64,000 nucleotides of DNA from an uncultured Candidatus Saccharibacteria bacterium. Its GTDB lineage: Bacteria; Patescibacteriota; WWE3; UBA101185; UBA10185. Positions 19,323 to 28,412 of the stretch are shown here, in pieces. Within the stretch, counting starts at the first letter, position 1. Each line of letters starts with the position of its first letter. The stretch is from positions 63,286-127,285 of the forward strand of contig CAYLVW010000002.1 in assembly GCA_964387275.1 (NCBI GenBank). The letters are read 5' to 3'. The translations under genes and the position numbers were made by a program. The notes below the pieces were generated by a model that worked only from the letters and a program-made list of their open reading frames with translations, was not told where the DNA came from and searched no databases.

Positions 19323-19589
19323 ATGTATCAGTTAATTGATTTCTTTGCGGAGTGGTGTGGCCCATGCCATGCTATGAAGCCAGTATTTGAAGAACTATCA
19401 AAAGAGTATTCAGGAAAAGTTGGCTTTAAATCTGTGGATGTAGATGCGGAGATGCAACAAGCAGGTCAGTTTGGTGTTTCTTCCATACCTACCTTTGTGC
19501 TATTAAAAGACGGTAAAGAGGTTTCTAGAAAAATAGGAGCCTCATCAAAAGAAGCTATGAAAGCTTGGATCGATTCCAACACAAAATAG
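19323..19589 (+). CDS. trxA: Thioredoxin
   Basis: WCGPC active site at FFAEWCGPCHAMKPVFEEL; 88 aa. Confidence 0.8.
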   Translation: MYQLIDFFAEWCGPCHAMKPVFEELSKEYSGKVGFKSVDVDAEMQQAGQFGVSSIPTFVLLKDGKEVSRKIGASSKEAMKAWIDSNTK

Positions 19590-19739
19590 CTTAAGGTTGG
19601 AAAAGCCAAGACAGACTCTGGGGACTAAACCCAAGTCTCTTTCTTGCAAGTGGAAGCTTAAGCTCTCGTCTCTTGGTTAAAAATCTAGAGAACCACTAAT
19701 ACAAAATAAAGTAGATAGTTAATGAAAGGACACTGCCCA

Positions 19740-20819
19740 ATGGCAATAAAAGTAGCAATAAATGGTTTCGGAAGAATAGGAAGAGCTGCCTTTAAAATAG
19801 CTCAATCAAAACCAGAACTAGAAGTTGTAGCGATTAATGATCTTGCTAATGCAAGAATACTTGCTCAATTACTTAAATATGATACTGCCTACAAGATATT
19901 TGATAAAGAAGTGGGGGTAGAAGAAGATGGAAAGTATACTAATATAACCCACAATGATGGAAATAAAGATTTCTTTAAGCCCACTAGTTCAAAAAACTAC
20001 TTGGTGGTTGAAGGAAAAAAAATCCTAATTACTGCTGAAAAAGAACCAAATCTTCTGCCATGGAAGGAACTAGGTATAGATGTGGTTCTTGAATGTACCG
20101 GTAGATTTACAGACCATGATAGCGCACAAGCTCATCTACAAGCTGGGGCAAAAAAGGTACTCATATCAGCTCCGGCAAAGGGAGATAAAACACAAATATT
20201 TTTGATGGGAGTTAATGAAGATAAGTATTTTATGAATGATTTGGTGTCAACAGCATCATGTACAACAAACTGTATTTCACCAGTAGTATCAATAATTCAC
20301 AATAAATATAAAGTTTTAAAATCCGTTATGACAACAGTACACGCCATAACAGCAGAACAAAACATTGTGGATGGACCACCACCAGCAAGACACCCAGATA
20401 TGAGAAGGGCTAGAGCTTCTGGACACAATATGGTTCCTACAACTACAGGGGCAGCCAAAGCTACCACCGAGATTATTCCCGAGCTAAAAGGTTTATTTGA
20501 TGGTATTTCAATAAGAGTTCCGATAATTACGGGTTCTTTATCTGATATAACAATGGTGCTGGAAAATAAAACTACTGTAGACGAGATAAACAAACTTTTT
20601 CTAGAAACAAAAAACAACCCAAGATATAAAGGTATTATAGATGCAACTTATGAACCACTTGTATCAAGCGATATAATTGGAAACCCCCACTCAGCAATTG
20701 TGGATCTAAGTATGACTAAAGTAGTTGGTGGAGACTTAGTAAAAATACTGGCTTGGTACGACAATGAATGGGGCTACAGTAACAGGTTAGTGGAAATGGC
20801 TATTCTTGTAGCTAAATAA
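19740..20819 (+). CDS. gap: Glyceraldehyde-3-phosphate dehydrogenase (type I)
   Basis: NGFGRIGR Rossmann motif, the ASCTTNC catalytic cysteine segment, and WYDNEWGYSNR. The start is placed at MAIKVAING because AAGGA lies 8 nt upstream; the ATG at 19722 has no SD. Confidence 0.9.
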   Translation: MAIKVAINGFGRIGRAAFKIAQSKPELEVVAINDLANARILAQLLKYDTAYKIFDKEVGVEEDGKYTNITHNDGNKDFFKPTSSKNYLVVEGKKILITAEKEPNLLPWKELGIDVVLECTGRFTDHDSAQAHLQAGAKKVLISAPAKGDKTQIFLMGVNEDKYFMNDLVSTASCTTNCISPVVSIIHNKYKVLKSVMTTVHAITAEQNIVDGPPPARHPDMRRARASGHNMVPTTTGAAKATTEIIPELKGLFDGISIRVPIITGSLSDITMVLENKTTVDEINKLFLETKNNPRYKGIIDATYEPLVSSDIIGNPHSAIVDLSMTKVVGGDLVKILAWYDNEWGYSNRLVEMAILVAK

Positions 20820-20861
20820 CAAATAGTGCTCGCCTTATTTACTCTGGTATATAATGAGTAA

Positions 20862-21818
20862 ATGAAAAAACTAACTGATGCCAAAATAGACTCTAACACT
20901 AAGGTATTTGTAAGATTAGATTTGGATGTACCGATAAAAGATGGAGTTATTCAAGATAATTCCAGAATCAAAGCAGCAATACCCACATTAAAATATCTAA
21001 GAGACCGAGGCGCTCAAATTGTTATAGCAGGGCACATGGGGAGACCAAAGGACAACGACCCAAAACTCAGCACCTCACAGCTAAAACCCTTGTTCGATAA
21101 AATGTTTAAAAATTACCCTTATAAACTCCTAGAAAACCTTAGATATGATGCAAGAGAAGAAACAGACTCCCCAGAGTATGCTAAAGAACTGATAGGTACC
21201 TGTAATATGTACGTAAATGAGAGCTTTGCAACATCCCACAGATCTCATACCTCAATTGTGTCTATCCCTAAACTAATACCAGGGTACGCTGGAATTAATT
21301 TCCAAAAAGAAGTAGAAAATATCAATAAAGTATTACAAAATCCAGAAAGACCGCTAACAGCCATAGTTGGTGGAGCAAAAATTGATAGTAAAAAACCTGT
21401 GATTAAAAAATTCCTAAAAGTGTGTGACCATGTATTGGTGGGAGGTAAAATTGGGTTTGATTGGGATGAGGACGTACCAACCAACCTCCATTTACCAAAA
21501 GACTATGAGGAAGATAAAAAAGACATAGGTATGCAAACGGTCATTTATTTCTCAGAAATAATAAAAAGATCAAAAACTGTTATCTGGGCAGGACCTATGG
21601 GACTTTTTGAACAGCAGATGTTTGCAAAAGGAACCCAACTTATTGCTGAGGCAGTTATTGCATCTGGTGCCTATTCAATAATTGGGGGCGGCGACACTGC
21701 TAGTGCAATTGAAGATTTTGGACTAACTGATAAATTCTCGTTTGTATCAACAGGTGGAGGAGCACTACTAGAGCTTATTATTAATGGCACGCTTCCAGGC
21801 GTAGAGGCTGTTAGCTAA
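20862..21818 (+). CDS. pgk: Phosphoglycerate kinase (compact, 318 aa)
   Basis: VRLDLDVP, VNESFATSHRSHTS, AIVGGAKIDSKK, and IIGGGDTASA...STGGGALLE. Confidence 0.85.
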   Translation: MKKLTDAKIDSNTKVFVRLDLDVPIKDGVIQDNSRIKAAIPTLKYLRDRGAQIVIAGHMGRPKDNDPKLSTSQLKPLFDKMFKNYPYKLLENLRYDAREETDSPEYAKELIGTCNMYVNESFATSHRSHTSIVSIPKLIPGYAGINFQKEVENINKVLQNPERPLTAIVGGAKIDSKKPVIKKFLKVCDHVLVGGKIGFDWDEDVPTNLHLPKDYEEDKKDIGMQTVIYFSEIIKRSKTVIWAGPMGLFEQQMFAKGTQLIAEAVIASGAYSIIGGGDTASAIEDFGLTDKFSFVSTGGGALLELIINGTLPGVEAVS

Positions 21819-21822
21819 ATTT

Positions 21823-22089
21823 ATGTCAAAAGTCCTGAAAGTAACATTCCCAGAAAATTGCATTGGCTGTGAGATGTGTGTAATGGAGGCTCAAAAGCAA
21901 ATAGGCAAAGTTGGGCTAAATGGAGCGCTAGTTAGAGTACTAAAATCGAAGTCTGAAACCGGGCTAGATTTCTTAGTAGAAGTCGACCCACAAGTCAATG
22001 AGCTTGATATAAAAAAAATAGCAAGAATATGCCCTAAAAGTGTATTTACAATAGAGGAAAAGGAAACCGACGATGGCCTTACTAGCTAA
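21823..22089 (+). CDS. Single-cluster [4Fe-4S] ferredoxin-like protein (Pyrococcus Fd-like architecture)
   Basis: CIGCEMCV...(about 50 aa)...ICPKSVFTIEEKE, a CxxCxxC...CP arrangement with an ITIEE-like end. Confidence 0.5.
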   Translation: MSKVLKVTFPENCIGCEMCVMEAQKQIGKVGLNGALVRVLKSKSETGLDFLVEVDPQVNELDIKKIARICPKSVFTIEEKETDDGLTS

Positions 22090-22966
22090 AAAAGTTTTGT
22101 ACATAAATCTCGAAGAAAAAACTTACGAATTAAAATCATTAACTGATTTATATAAATATATAGGTGGTGTAGGAATTGGGATAAAGTTGCTTCAAGAAGA
22201 GGCACAATATGACCCGATAATTTTCTCAACAGGACCTTTGAATGGGTTTTTCCCCTATGCTTCAAAAACATCGGTAGTATTAAACAGTGATGGGGTGATT
22301 GAGGATATTTATATAGGAGGTACTTTATCAAGCAGGATAAAATTTGCTGGACTGGACTCAGTAGTTTTAAGAGGCAGGTCTGAGGAACCTATAACCATAG
22401 AGATAATTGATGATGTTGTCAATTTTCATACCCCAAATATAGATGTTACAACACTAGGGTTACCCGGAAAACGAAGTACACTTACTTGGGACAATAAGGA
22501 TAACTCAAAAACAGATACAATCGTAGAGACAGGCCCAGAAACCAACGAAAAAAAGTTCTTACTTGATGGATATTTTTCAGCCCCAGAAAAGATACTAGAA
22601 AAAAAACTCTTACTAAAAAATATAAAAGGGTTGTCTATCACAGGTAACAAAACGATAGACATAAAAGACACAGAGGAATATGACAGACTGTACAAATTAC
22701 TCCTAGGAAGGATAAAAGATATGTGGATAGAGCCAAACAAATACCCATCTTGTAGCGGATGCCCATTAGGGTGTGTGGCATCCAAAAGAGGTGAAATTGG
22801 CGGAAATATAATTACCCACTCTCTTGTAGCATGTTCTTTCGCTGAAGGAATATATTCGGATCTTGGAATAACTTTTGCGTGCTTAAATTCACTTGGATAT
22901 CACTACAGACATGAAGATATACAAGCACTGCCGAAACTTATCGACCAAATCCTTAGAAAATTTTAG
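22073..22966 (+). CDS. Truncated aldehyde:ferredoxin oxidoreductase (AOR)-family protein: N-terminal AFOR_N domain plus a CxxCxxxC cluster motif, lacking the tungstopterin catalytic domains
   Basis: KVLYINLEEKTYE, YIGGVGIGIKLL, PIIFSTGPLNG and KFAGLDSVVLRGRSEEPITIEI parallel P. furiosus AOR residues 1-130. CSGCPLGC matches the AOR 4Fe-4S ligand spacing. The protein is only 297 aa. Confidence 0.5.
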   Translation: MALLAKKVLYINLEEKTYELKSLTDLYKYIGGVGIGIKLLQEEAQYDPIIFSTGPLNGFFPYASKTSVVLNSDGVIEDIYIGGTLSSRIKFAGLDSVVLRGRSEEPITIEIIDDVVNFHTPNIDVTTLGLPGKRSTLTWDNKDNSKTDTIVETGPETNEKKFLLDGYFSAPEKILEKKLLLKNIKGLSITGNKTIDIKDTEEYDRLYKLLLGRIKDMWIEPNKYPSCSGCPLGCVASKRGEIGGNIITHSLVACSFAEGIYSDLGITFACLNSLGYHYRHEDIQALPKLIDQILRKF

Positions 22967-22976
22967 AATTCTATTA

Positions 22977-23630
22977 ATGAAAAAAACTATAATCGCAAAC
23001 TGGAAAATGAATATGGATAAAAAAGGGGTGCTATCCTGGTTTGAAGAATTCCAACATCTATACACCCAGATAGACTTTGACAAAAAATCTATAATAATTG
23101 CCCCAAGTTTTACCCACCTAGAACTTGTTAAATCATTGATACAGAAACATGCATATAAAAATATCAGCCTAGCTGCTCAAGGCGCATCAGAATTTGAAAA
23201 AGGTGCATACACATCTCAAATCTCCATACCGCAAATAAAAGACTATTGTGATTACATAATTGTTGGACATAGTGAAACAGGAATTGATATTCATAAAAAA
23301 ATCTTAATCTCATCAAAAGCTCAGGAAATGGGAATTACACCTATAATATGTTTTACAAATCTCAGTGATGTTCCTACAACTTTGGAACCTTACGAATACG
23401 TAGCTTGGGAAGACCCAAATAACATCTCAAATAATGGCGTGTACAAACCAAAAGATCACAATGAAATAAAAGAAGCGCTCTCAAGTTACAAAAGTAAGAT
23501 AATATATGGTGGCTCAGTTAATGAAACAAACATCAGCAGCCTCTCAGAAATAACTAATATAAGTGGTTTCTTGGTTGGAAATGCAAGTTTAAACCCACAA
23601 AGCTTTTATGAGATAATGAAGCTCTGTTAG
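22977..23630 (+). CDS. tpiA: Triosephosphate isomerase (divergent)
   Basis: IIANWKMN, IIVGHSETG, YGGSV and FLVGNASL. The start is trimmed to MKKTIIANWKMN (ATG at 22977). The usual EPxWAIGTG loop is replaced by WEDPNNISNNG. Confidence 0.75.
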   Translation: MKKTIIANWKMNMDKKGVLSWFEEFQHLYTQIDFDKKSIIIAPSFTHLELVKSLIQKHAYKNISLAAQGASEFEKGAYTSQISIPQIKDYCDYIIVGHSETGIDIHKKILISSKAQEMGITPIICFTNLSDVPTTLEPYEYVAWEDPNNISNNGVYKPKDHNEIKEALSSYKSKIIYGGSVNETNISSLSEITNISGFLVGNASLNPQSFYEIMKLC

Positions 23631-23675
23631 AGTGCCCAAACAGTATATAATAACCTTATTTTGAAAGTTAGCTAA

Positions 23676-24755
23676 ATGAAATATGTTGATTTAAAAGCAA
23701 AAAATGAAGAAAAAATTAGCAGCCTGTCTGTATCTAAAGGTACCTCTTCGAAGAAAGTGTTAATATTCCTTGTTATTATTGTTGTTGCAGTAATAGGTTT
23801 AAGCACCCTGCTTAGTAAAAAGGTGTCTGCACTATTTAACCCAATAAGTATAGTGGCAAATTTCAAAAAAAACGACCTAAAGGACTCAGATGGAAGAACA
23901 AATATCTTACTTCTTGGTACAGATGGAAGAACTATAGGTAATATACAATCGAAGCTTACAGATACCATTATGGTTGCATCCATTGGTAAATCTTCGAAGG
24001 ATGTTGTCTTGATCTCAATACCCAGAGACTTGTGGGTCCAAGGAAAAATAGGTTCTTATCAAGGTAAGATAAACGCAATGTATACATACGGAGGTATAGA
24101 AGAAACTAAGGCAGTCGTGGAAGATTTTTTAGGAATACCGGTACATTATTATGGTGTAACTGGATTTGAATTATTTAAAGATGCTGTTGACATTGCAGGA
24201 GGAATCATCGTAAATGTTGAGCACTCTTTTACAGACTACGAATACCCCATTGAAGGTAAGGAGGATGCACCAGAAGATGAAAGATATGAAGTTGTTCACT
24301 TTGATGCAGGTGTGCAAACAATGTCAGGCGATAAAGCACTTAAGTACGTGAGATCAAGAAAATCGGCTGATTCCTCGGAAGGGACAGACTTTGCAAGATC
24401 GAAACGCCAGCAAAACGTAATTCTAGCCTTAAAAGACAAATTACTAAGCCCAGAGATACTTCTAAATCCACTAAAGCTAAGAAACTTATATGATACATAT
24501 GTAGATAATGTCGAAACAAACATTGATCTTGGAGCAACGCAATCTCTAGTGTTGGTAGCAAAAGATCTGGATTTCTCAAAAACCAAATCACTAATCATTG
24601 ATGATAGAAGTGATCCTTCAGCAGGAGGATTACTATATGTACCTGAAAATAGGGATTTGTATGGAGGTGCATATGTACTAGTACCAAGACAGGGCACTTT
24701 CGATCAAGTCCATGCATATGTACATAAATACCTGTTTGAAGCGCAGCAAGAATGA
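23676..24755 (+). CDS. LytR-CpsA-Psr (LCP) family cell-wall glycopolymer phosphotransferase
   Basis: There is an N-terminal TM, followed by RTNILLLGTDGR...DTIMVASI...LISIPRDLWV. Confidence 0.8.
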   Translation: MKYVDLKAKNEEKISSLSVSKGTSSKKVLIFLVIIVVAVIGLSTLLSKKVSALFNPISIVANFKKNDLKDSDGRTNILLLGTDGRTIGNIQSKLTDTIMVASIGKSSKDVVLISIPRDLWVQGKIGSYQGKINAMYTYGGIEETKAVVEDFLGIPVHYYGVTGFELFKDAVDIAGGIIVNVEHSFTDYEYPIEGKEDAPEDERYEVVHFDAGVQTMSGDKALKYVRSRKSADSSEGTDFARSKRQQNVILALKDKLLSPEILLNPLKLRNLYDTYVDNVETNIDLGATQSLVLVAKDLDFSKTKSLIIDDRSDPSAGGLLYVPENRDLYGGAYVLVPRQGTFDQVHAYVHKYLFEAQQE

Positions 24756-25492
24756 CCCTCCTATTACATGGAAATAATATACCCAAAATAAGCACACAAC
24801 TTACAAGTTTAAAAAAGCAGCTACAGGATAAAGGTGCAGAGAAGTTGGAATTCGATAAAAGTAATTTTGATAAAAACTTAGTCAGAAACGCCCTAAGCTC
24901 TCCTGATTTTTTTGGTAACACCCCTTGTATTATAGTTAATCTAACTGAAGTACAAAAAAAAGATGTTACAGACTTGTATGAAGTAGTAAAAAACAGCTCT
25001 CCAAATGCCAAAATAATCCTGTACTCATATAAAACACTACCGAAAACTAATGACTTTATAAAAAACCCTGACAAGTTAAAAATAAATACTGTTGTCATTG
25101 AAGAATTTGATAACAAAGATATATTTAAATATAGTGATGGGATTATTGGGGGTAACAGAAGTACAGTATATAAAGCTATTAAAAATTTGTTGGAAGACCC
25201 AACAGACCCAGACCCAATTCCCGTTATAGCGTATCTGCATACTGTAGTTAGGAATATGTTACTGATAAATATAGAGTCTCCAAAATCCAAAGAGATAAAT
25301 CCATTTATACTATCAAAAATCTCAGGTGTAGCTAAGAAAACACCTACAAATGATTTGAAGTATCTAATGAAGTCCTTCTATAATGTAGATAAAGATATTA
25401 AACAAGGCCGAACTACCCCCGAAATAGCCTTGAACTTAATAACAGAGAAAGTAATTACCTGCCTGTATGATAAAAAAATACATCAAAGATGA
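24752..25492 (+). CDS. Possible DNA polymerase III delta subunit (HolA)-like protein
   Basis: The C-terminal region VYKAIKNLLEDP...PVIAYLHTVVRNMLLI...KQGRTTPEIALNL resembles the HolA C-domain pattern. The similarity is weak. Confidence 0.35.
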   Translation: MTLLLHGNNIPKISTQLTSLKKQLQDKGAEKLEFDKSNFDKNLVRNALSSPDFFGNTPCIIVNLTEVQKKDVTDLYEVVKNSSPNAKIILYSYKTLPKTNDFIKNPDKLKINTVVIEEFDNKDIFKYSDGIIGGNRSTVYKAIKNLLEDPTDPDPIPVIAYLHTVVRNMLLINIESPKSKEINPFILSKISGVAKKTPTNDLKYLMKSFYNVDKDIKQGRTTPEIALNLITEKVITCLYDKKIHQR

Positions 25493-26180
25493 ATCTTTCG
25501 ATCCAATATATAACGAAAAAAGCAGAGCCTTTTGGGCAATAACCAGCCTTTTCCCAAAACTAGTTGTATTCGGCGGTTTGGTCTTATTGACAAGCCAGGT
25601 AGCTTTCCCACTCGTATATTTTAAAACGACGGACATAACAGTAAATCCAGGGGCCGCAGGAACAGTCTTGGGGACAACCTCTGGCTTTTCTGAATTCAGT
25701 TTTACAGAGTTGAATAATCATAATCGTGGGGGTGTAAATAACAATTATCCAAAATACTATAATCTTAGCGTTCCAAAATTGGGTATAAATAACGCTGTGG
25801 TAGAGACTAACCCCGCTACACTTAATCCAGACAGCGCGTTAGGTCATTACATAGGATCAGCCTTTCCAGGAGAAACAGGTAACGCCTTTATCTATGGACA
25901 CTCCGTGCTACCTTTTTTTTATAACCCTAAAAACTACAAGACTATTTTCTCTACGCTAGATAATTTAAAAATAGGGGATATCATTCATATTGAAGCAAAT
26001 GGGAAAAAATACAAATATGTAGTGGAATCAAAAAACATCATGGACCCAGAGAAAGTCGACCCGCTCGCAAAAGTAAAGCCTGACTACTTAAATGAGTCGA
26101 CTATAACACTTATGACTTGTACTCCACCGGGAACTAAAGAGAAACGATTATTAGTCAACGCTGTGATGGAAAAAAACTAA
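25467..26180 (+). CDS. Sortase-family transpeptidase (class A/E-like), membrane-anchored
   Basis: N-terminal TM, His in FIYGHSV, and catalytic Cys in ITLMTCTPPGT. Confidence 0.7.
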   Translation: MIKKYIKDESFDPIYNEKSRAFWAITSLFPKLVVFGGLVLLTSQVAFPLVYFKTTDITVNPGAAGTVLGTTSGFSEFSFTELNNHNRGGVNNNYPKYYNLSVPKLGINNAVVETNPATLNPDSALGHYIGSAFPGETGNAFIYGHSVLPFFYNPKNYKTIFSTLDNLKIGDIIHIEANGKKYKYVVESKNIMDPEKVDPLAKVKPDYLNESTITLMTCTPPGTKEKRLLVNAVMEKN

Positions 26181-26184
26181 TTTA

Positions 26185-26667
26185 TTATAGATCCTTATCT
26201 AAGCTTCTTATAACTTCTTTTTCAAAGGATCTTATAGCAATCCTCCTAGGACCGTACATGTAGATGAAGACACCTATACCCAATAGCAAGGAGGAACCAA
26301 TTAGGGCGTAGGTTATGGAGTCAACACCTGTTTCAGGCACTGAAGATTGAGATGTTTGGGTAGCCCCTGCCAAAACAGTTCGTTGCTTCGGAGAATCTTT
26401 CATTTTATTAATTTCTCCAAATAAACTTTCTGGGTTTGAAGAACCAACTGCTACCTTAGTATCTTCTTGCTTCATATCAGTAGTGCCTGCAACTTCCGGG
26501 GAGGCGATAGTCTCTGTAGTTGCAGAAACACTATCAGTATCCTCTATATTAAACTCATCTCTGGAATCAGTAACAACGTAATATACAAAACTAAATAAAA
26601 CTAAAGATACTGATAAAGTAATCAAGAATGTTTTAAAACCTTTTTTTGCTTGCTCTGATGTATTCAT
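26185..26667 (-). CDS. Putative sortase substrate with a VPETG sorting signal, hydrophobic segment and basic tail
   Basis: N-terminal TM or signal sequence, a low-complexity middle region, then SVPETGVDSITYALIGSSLLLGIGVFIYMYGPRR. Confidence 0.4.
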   Translation of the reverse strand: MNTSEQAKKGFKTFLITLSVSLVLFSFVYYVVTDSRDEFNIEDTDSVSATTETIASPEVAGTTDMKQEDTKVAVGSSNPESLFGEINKMKDSPKQRTVLAGATQTSQSSVPETGVDSITYALIGSSLLLGIGVFIYMYGPRRIAIRSFEKEVIRSLDKDL

Positions 26668-26706
26668 AGGCAGGTGGTTTTGCTTAAATTAACAAAACCT
26701 AGTACG

Positions 26707-26877
26707 TTAATTAAAGGTTTTTAGAGTTTCTTTGTCAAGACCTTCTGGTAGGGATTTTATGGCTTTTTCTATATCAGGATTGGTAGTCTCTAAAGTAACA
26801 AGGTATTCAGCATTAAATCTCAGGAAAATAGCAACACTGGCAATTATTAAAATAGCTAATAGTAATAATCTTTTCAT
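26707..26877 (-). CDS. Unannotated 56-aa signal-anchored small protein, ATGA-coupled to the pilO-like stop
   Basis: Hand-translated as MKRLLLLAILIIASVAIFLRFNAEYLVTLETTNPDIEKAIKSLPEGLDKETLKTFN. Its ATG overlaps the TGA of the upstream gene. It falls below the ORF-track length cutoff. Confidence 0.3.
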   Translation of the reverse strand: MKRLLLLAILIIASVAIFLRFNAEYLVTLETTNPDIEKAIKSLPEGLDKETLKTFN

Positions 26878-27446
26878 AGTACCTGCTTTGTATAAATTTC
26901 TATGTCTATAGTATAAGAATACTCCTTGCCAGAATCGTTAACATCGGCAAAAAATGAGATAGTCTGGACTTTTGCAATTCGTTTCAGAGATTCAATATTT
27001 TTAATATAGAGTGCAAGATCCTTGCTACTGCCAACTCCTGTAACTCTAATACCAATAACACCATCGCCAGGAGTAACTTGAACCTGCCGTGTTTCAAACC
27101 CAACAACACCGCCAGCAGCAACTAACTCAACAACAAACTCATCAATTCTCGGTAACTCAGGACGAAGGTTATAAACATTTGAAATAGCAGAGGCATTTTG
27201 AATCATAAATTCTTCATACTCTTTGAGAACAGCGAGTTTCTTAGTAAGAGTAGTTTGTTTATTCTTAATCTCTCTATACTGAACAACCTTATCTGAAATA
27301 GAAAGAATCTGAGGAAATACACCAAACACCCCGAGAATCATAAAAGTTATAAAAGTCATAACTCCGTATACGCGTAGAGTTCTACCGTGAGAAAAAAGTA
27401 GTTCGGTCTTATAAAATAATTTTAGTTTTTGCAATAATTTGTGCAT
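26874..27446 (-). CDS. Type IV pilus assembly protein PilO-like
   Basis: N-terminal TM, a coiled-coil stretch, then VVELVAAGGVVGFETRQVQVTPGDG...IGIRVTGVGSSKDLALYIKNIESLKRIAKVQTISF, which follows the PilO pattern. Confidence 0.5.
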   Translation of the reverse strand: MHKLLQKLKLFYKTELLFSHGRTLRVYGVMTFITFMILGVFGVFPQILSISDKVVQYREIKNKQTTLTKKLAVLKEYEEFMIQNASAISNVYNLRPELPRIDEFVVELVAAGGVVGFETRQVQVTPGDGVIGIRVTGVGSSKDLALYIKNIESLKRIAKVQTISFFADVNDSGKEYSYTIDIEIYTKQVL

Positions 27447-28087
27447 TAGTATTCCAAACCCAAACTAGAATAAACACGTTTTCTCGAAGAATCATAATTT
27501 ACCTCTGATATTACAATCTGTTTAATTCCTTTAGAGGTGAGGTAGGCGTCAATAACACTAGCCACTTGCAAAGCGTTATCAGATTCCAAGTACAAGGAAA
27601 TGCTCATGTTATCGTAAGTAAGTGCAATAATACGAACACCAGCAGGTAGTTTACTAATAACAGTATCAACTTTTGAATCTAAATTTAGAGATGCTTGCTT
27701 ACTTGTATTGTAAAAACTAAGTATCTCAGAAAGATCCCGTATCTTAACTTCTGTAGAACCCATGTTTAAAACCTCTGTTGCTTTTCTCTGCAAAATAAGG
27801 TTCTCTGTCTTAACAAGACCAGACATTAGGATACTTAAACCCAGTAAAACCAGGTATAAGCCTATTATGGTAAGGGTTAAGATCTGAAATACTAATAAAG
27901 TTTTGGAAAAGTAAAGTTCCGTAAAAATACCAAGAGTGGTTTTAAGTCTATTCCCTCCTGTAGATTCTTGAAGAAGGTTAGGACTTAGACTTAGTTGATT
28001 TTGGTTTTCTGGATTTGGCTCCAGAATCTTTTCCGGTGGATTCTGAAGATTTAATTTCTTTAGAAATTCCGGCAATTTTAAGGGCAT
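27446..28087 (-). CDS. Type IV pilus assembly protein PilN-like (start uncertain, overlaps the rpsT 3' end)
   Basis: TM helix LLVFQILTLTIIGLYLVLLGLSILMSGL followed by a coiled coil and a periplasmic domain. An AGGAGGG sequence lies about 20 nt upstream of the TM-proximal region, but no canonical start codon follows it. Confidence 0.4.
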   Translation of the reverse strand: MPLKLPEFLKKLNLQNPPEKILEPNPENQNQLSLSPNLLQESTGGNRLKTTLGIFTELYFSKTLLVFQILTLTIIGLYLVLLGLSILMSGLVKTENLILQRKATEVLNMGSTEVKIRDLSEILSFYNTSKQASLNLDSKVDTVISKLPAGVRIIALTYDNMSISLYLESDNALQVASVIDAYLTSKGIKQIVISEVNYDSSRKRVYSSLGLEY

Positions 28088-28325
28088 ACTTTGATTTTAA
28101 TCTATTTGCCTTGTTTTTATGAATAGCTTTTTCTTTGGAAGCCTTATCTAATACCTTCTGTAACATCTTAATTTCCGCGTCAATCTGGGATTTTTCGGCT
28201 TTTGAAGCAACAAGTTCTTTTACAGCTTTCAAAGCGTTTTTTACCCTCTTTTTCCAAAAAAGGTTGTGCTGTCTTTTTTTATCTGATTGTCTTACTGCTT
28301 TTTTCGCAGAGGAAGTGTTTGCCAT
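27978..28325 (-). CDS. rpsT: 30S ribosomal protein S20 with a Lys/Ser-rich C-terminal extension
   Basis: MANTSSAKKAVRQSDKKRQHN...IHKNKANRLKS aligns with the E. coli S20 segments MANIKSAKKRA and LIHKNKAARHK. The start is trimmed to MANTSS (ATG at 28325). Confidence 0.8.
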   Translation of the reverse strand: MANTSSAKKAVRQSDKKRQHNLFWKKRVKNALKAVKELVASKAEKSQIDAEIKMLQKVLDKASKEKAIHKNKANRLKSKYALKIAGISKEIKSSESTGKDSGAKSRKPKSTKSKS

Positions 28326-28412
28326 AACGGCTTGTATAATAACATATAACCCGCGTTTGTAAAGCTTTGACTCAGACACAGGGTAAAGAAGTATAATCAG
28401 ATAGTAAAACTT

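Noticed and set aside
19590-19739. Possible riboswitch or structured leader upstream of gap (two cttaag palindromes, GGGG/CCC hairpin)
   Set aside because: Only short, imperfect pairings are present and they resemble no riboswitch class I can recognise. It is insufficient to report as a feature.
27978-28087. Programmed frameshift joining S20 and the pilN-like ORF
   Set aside because: I found no slippery heptamer, and both frames are low-complexity. It is more likely an S20 C-terminal extension plus a mis-called PilN start. It is flagged in the findings instead.
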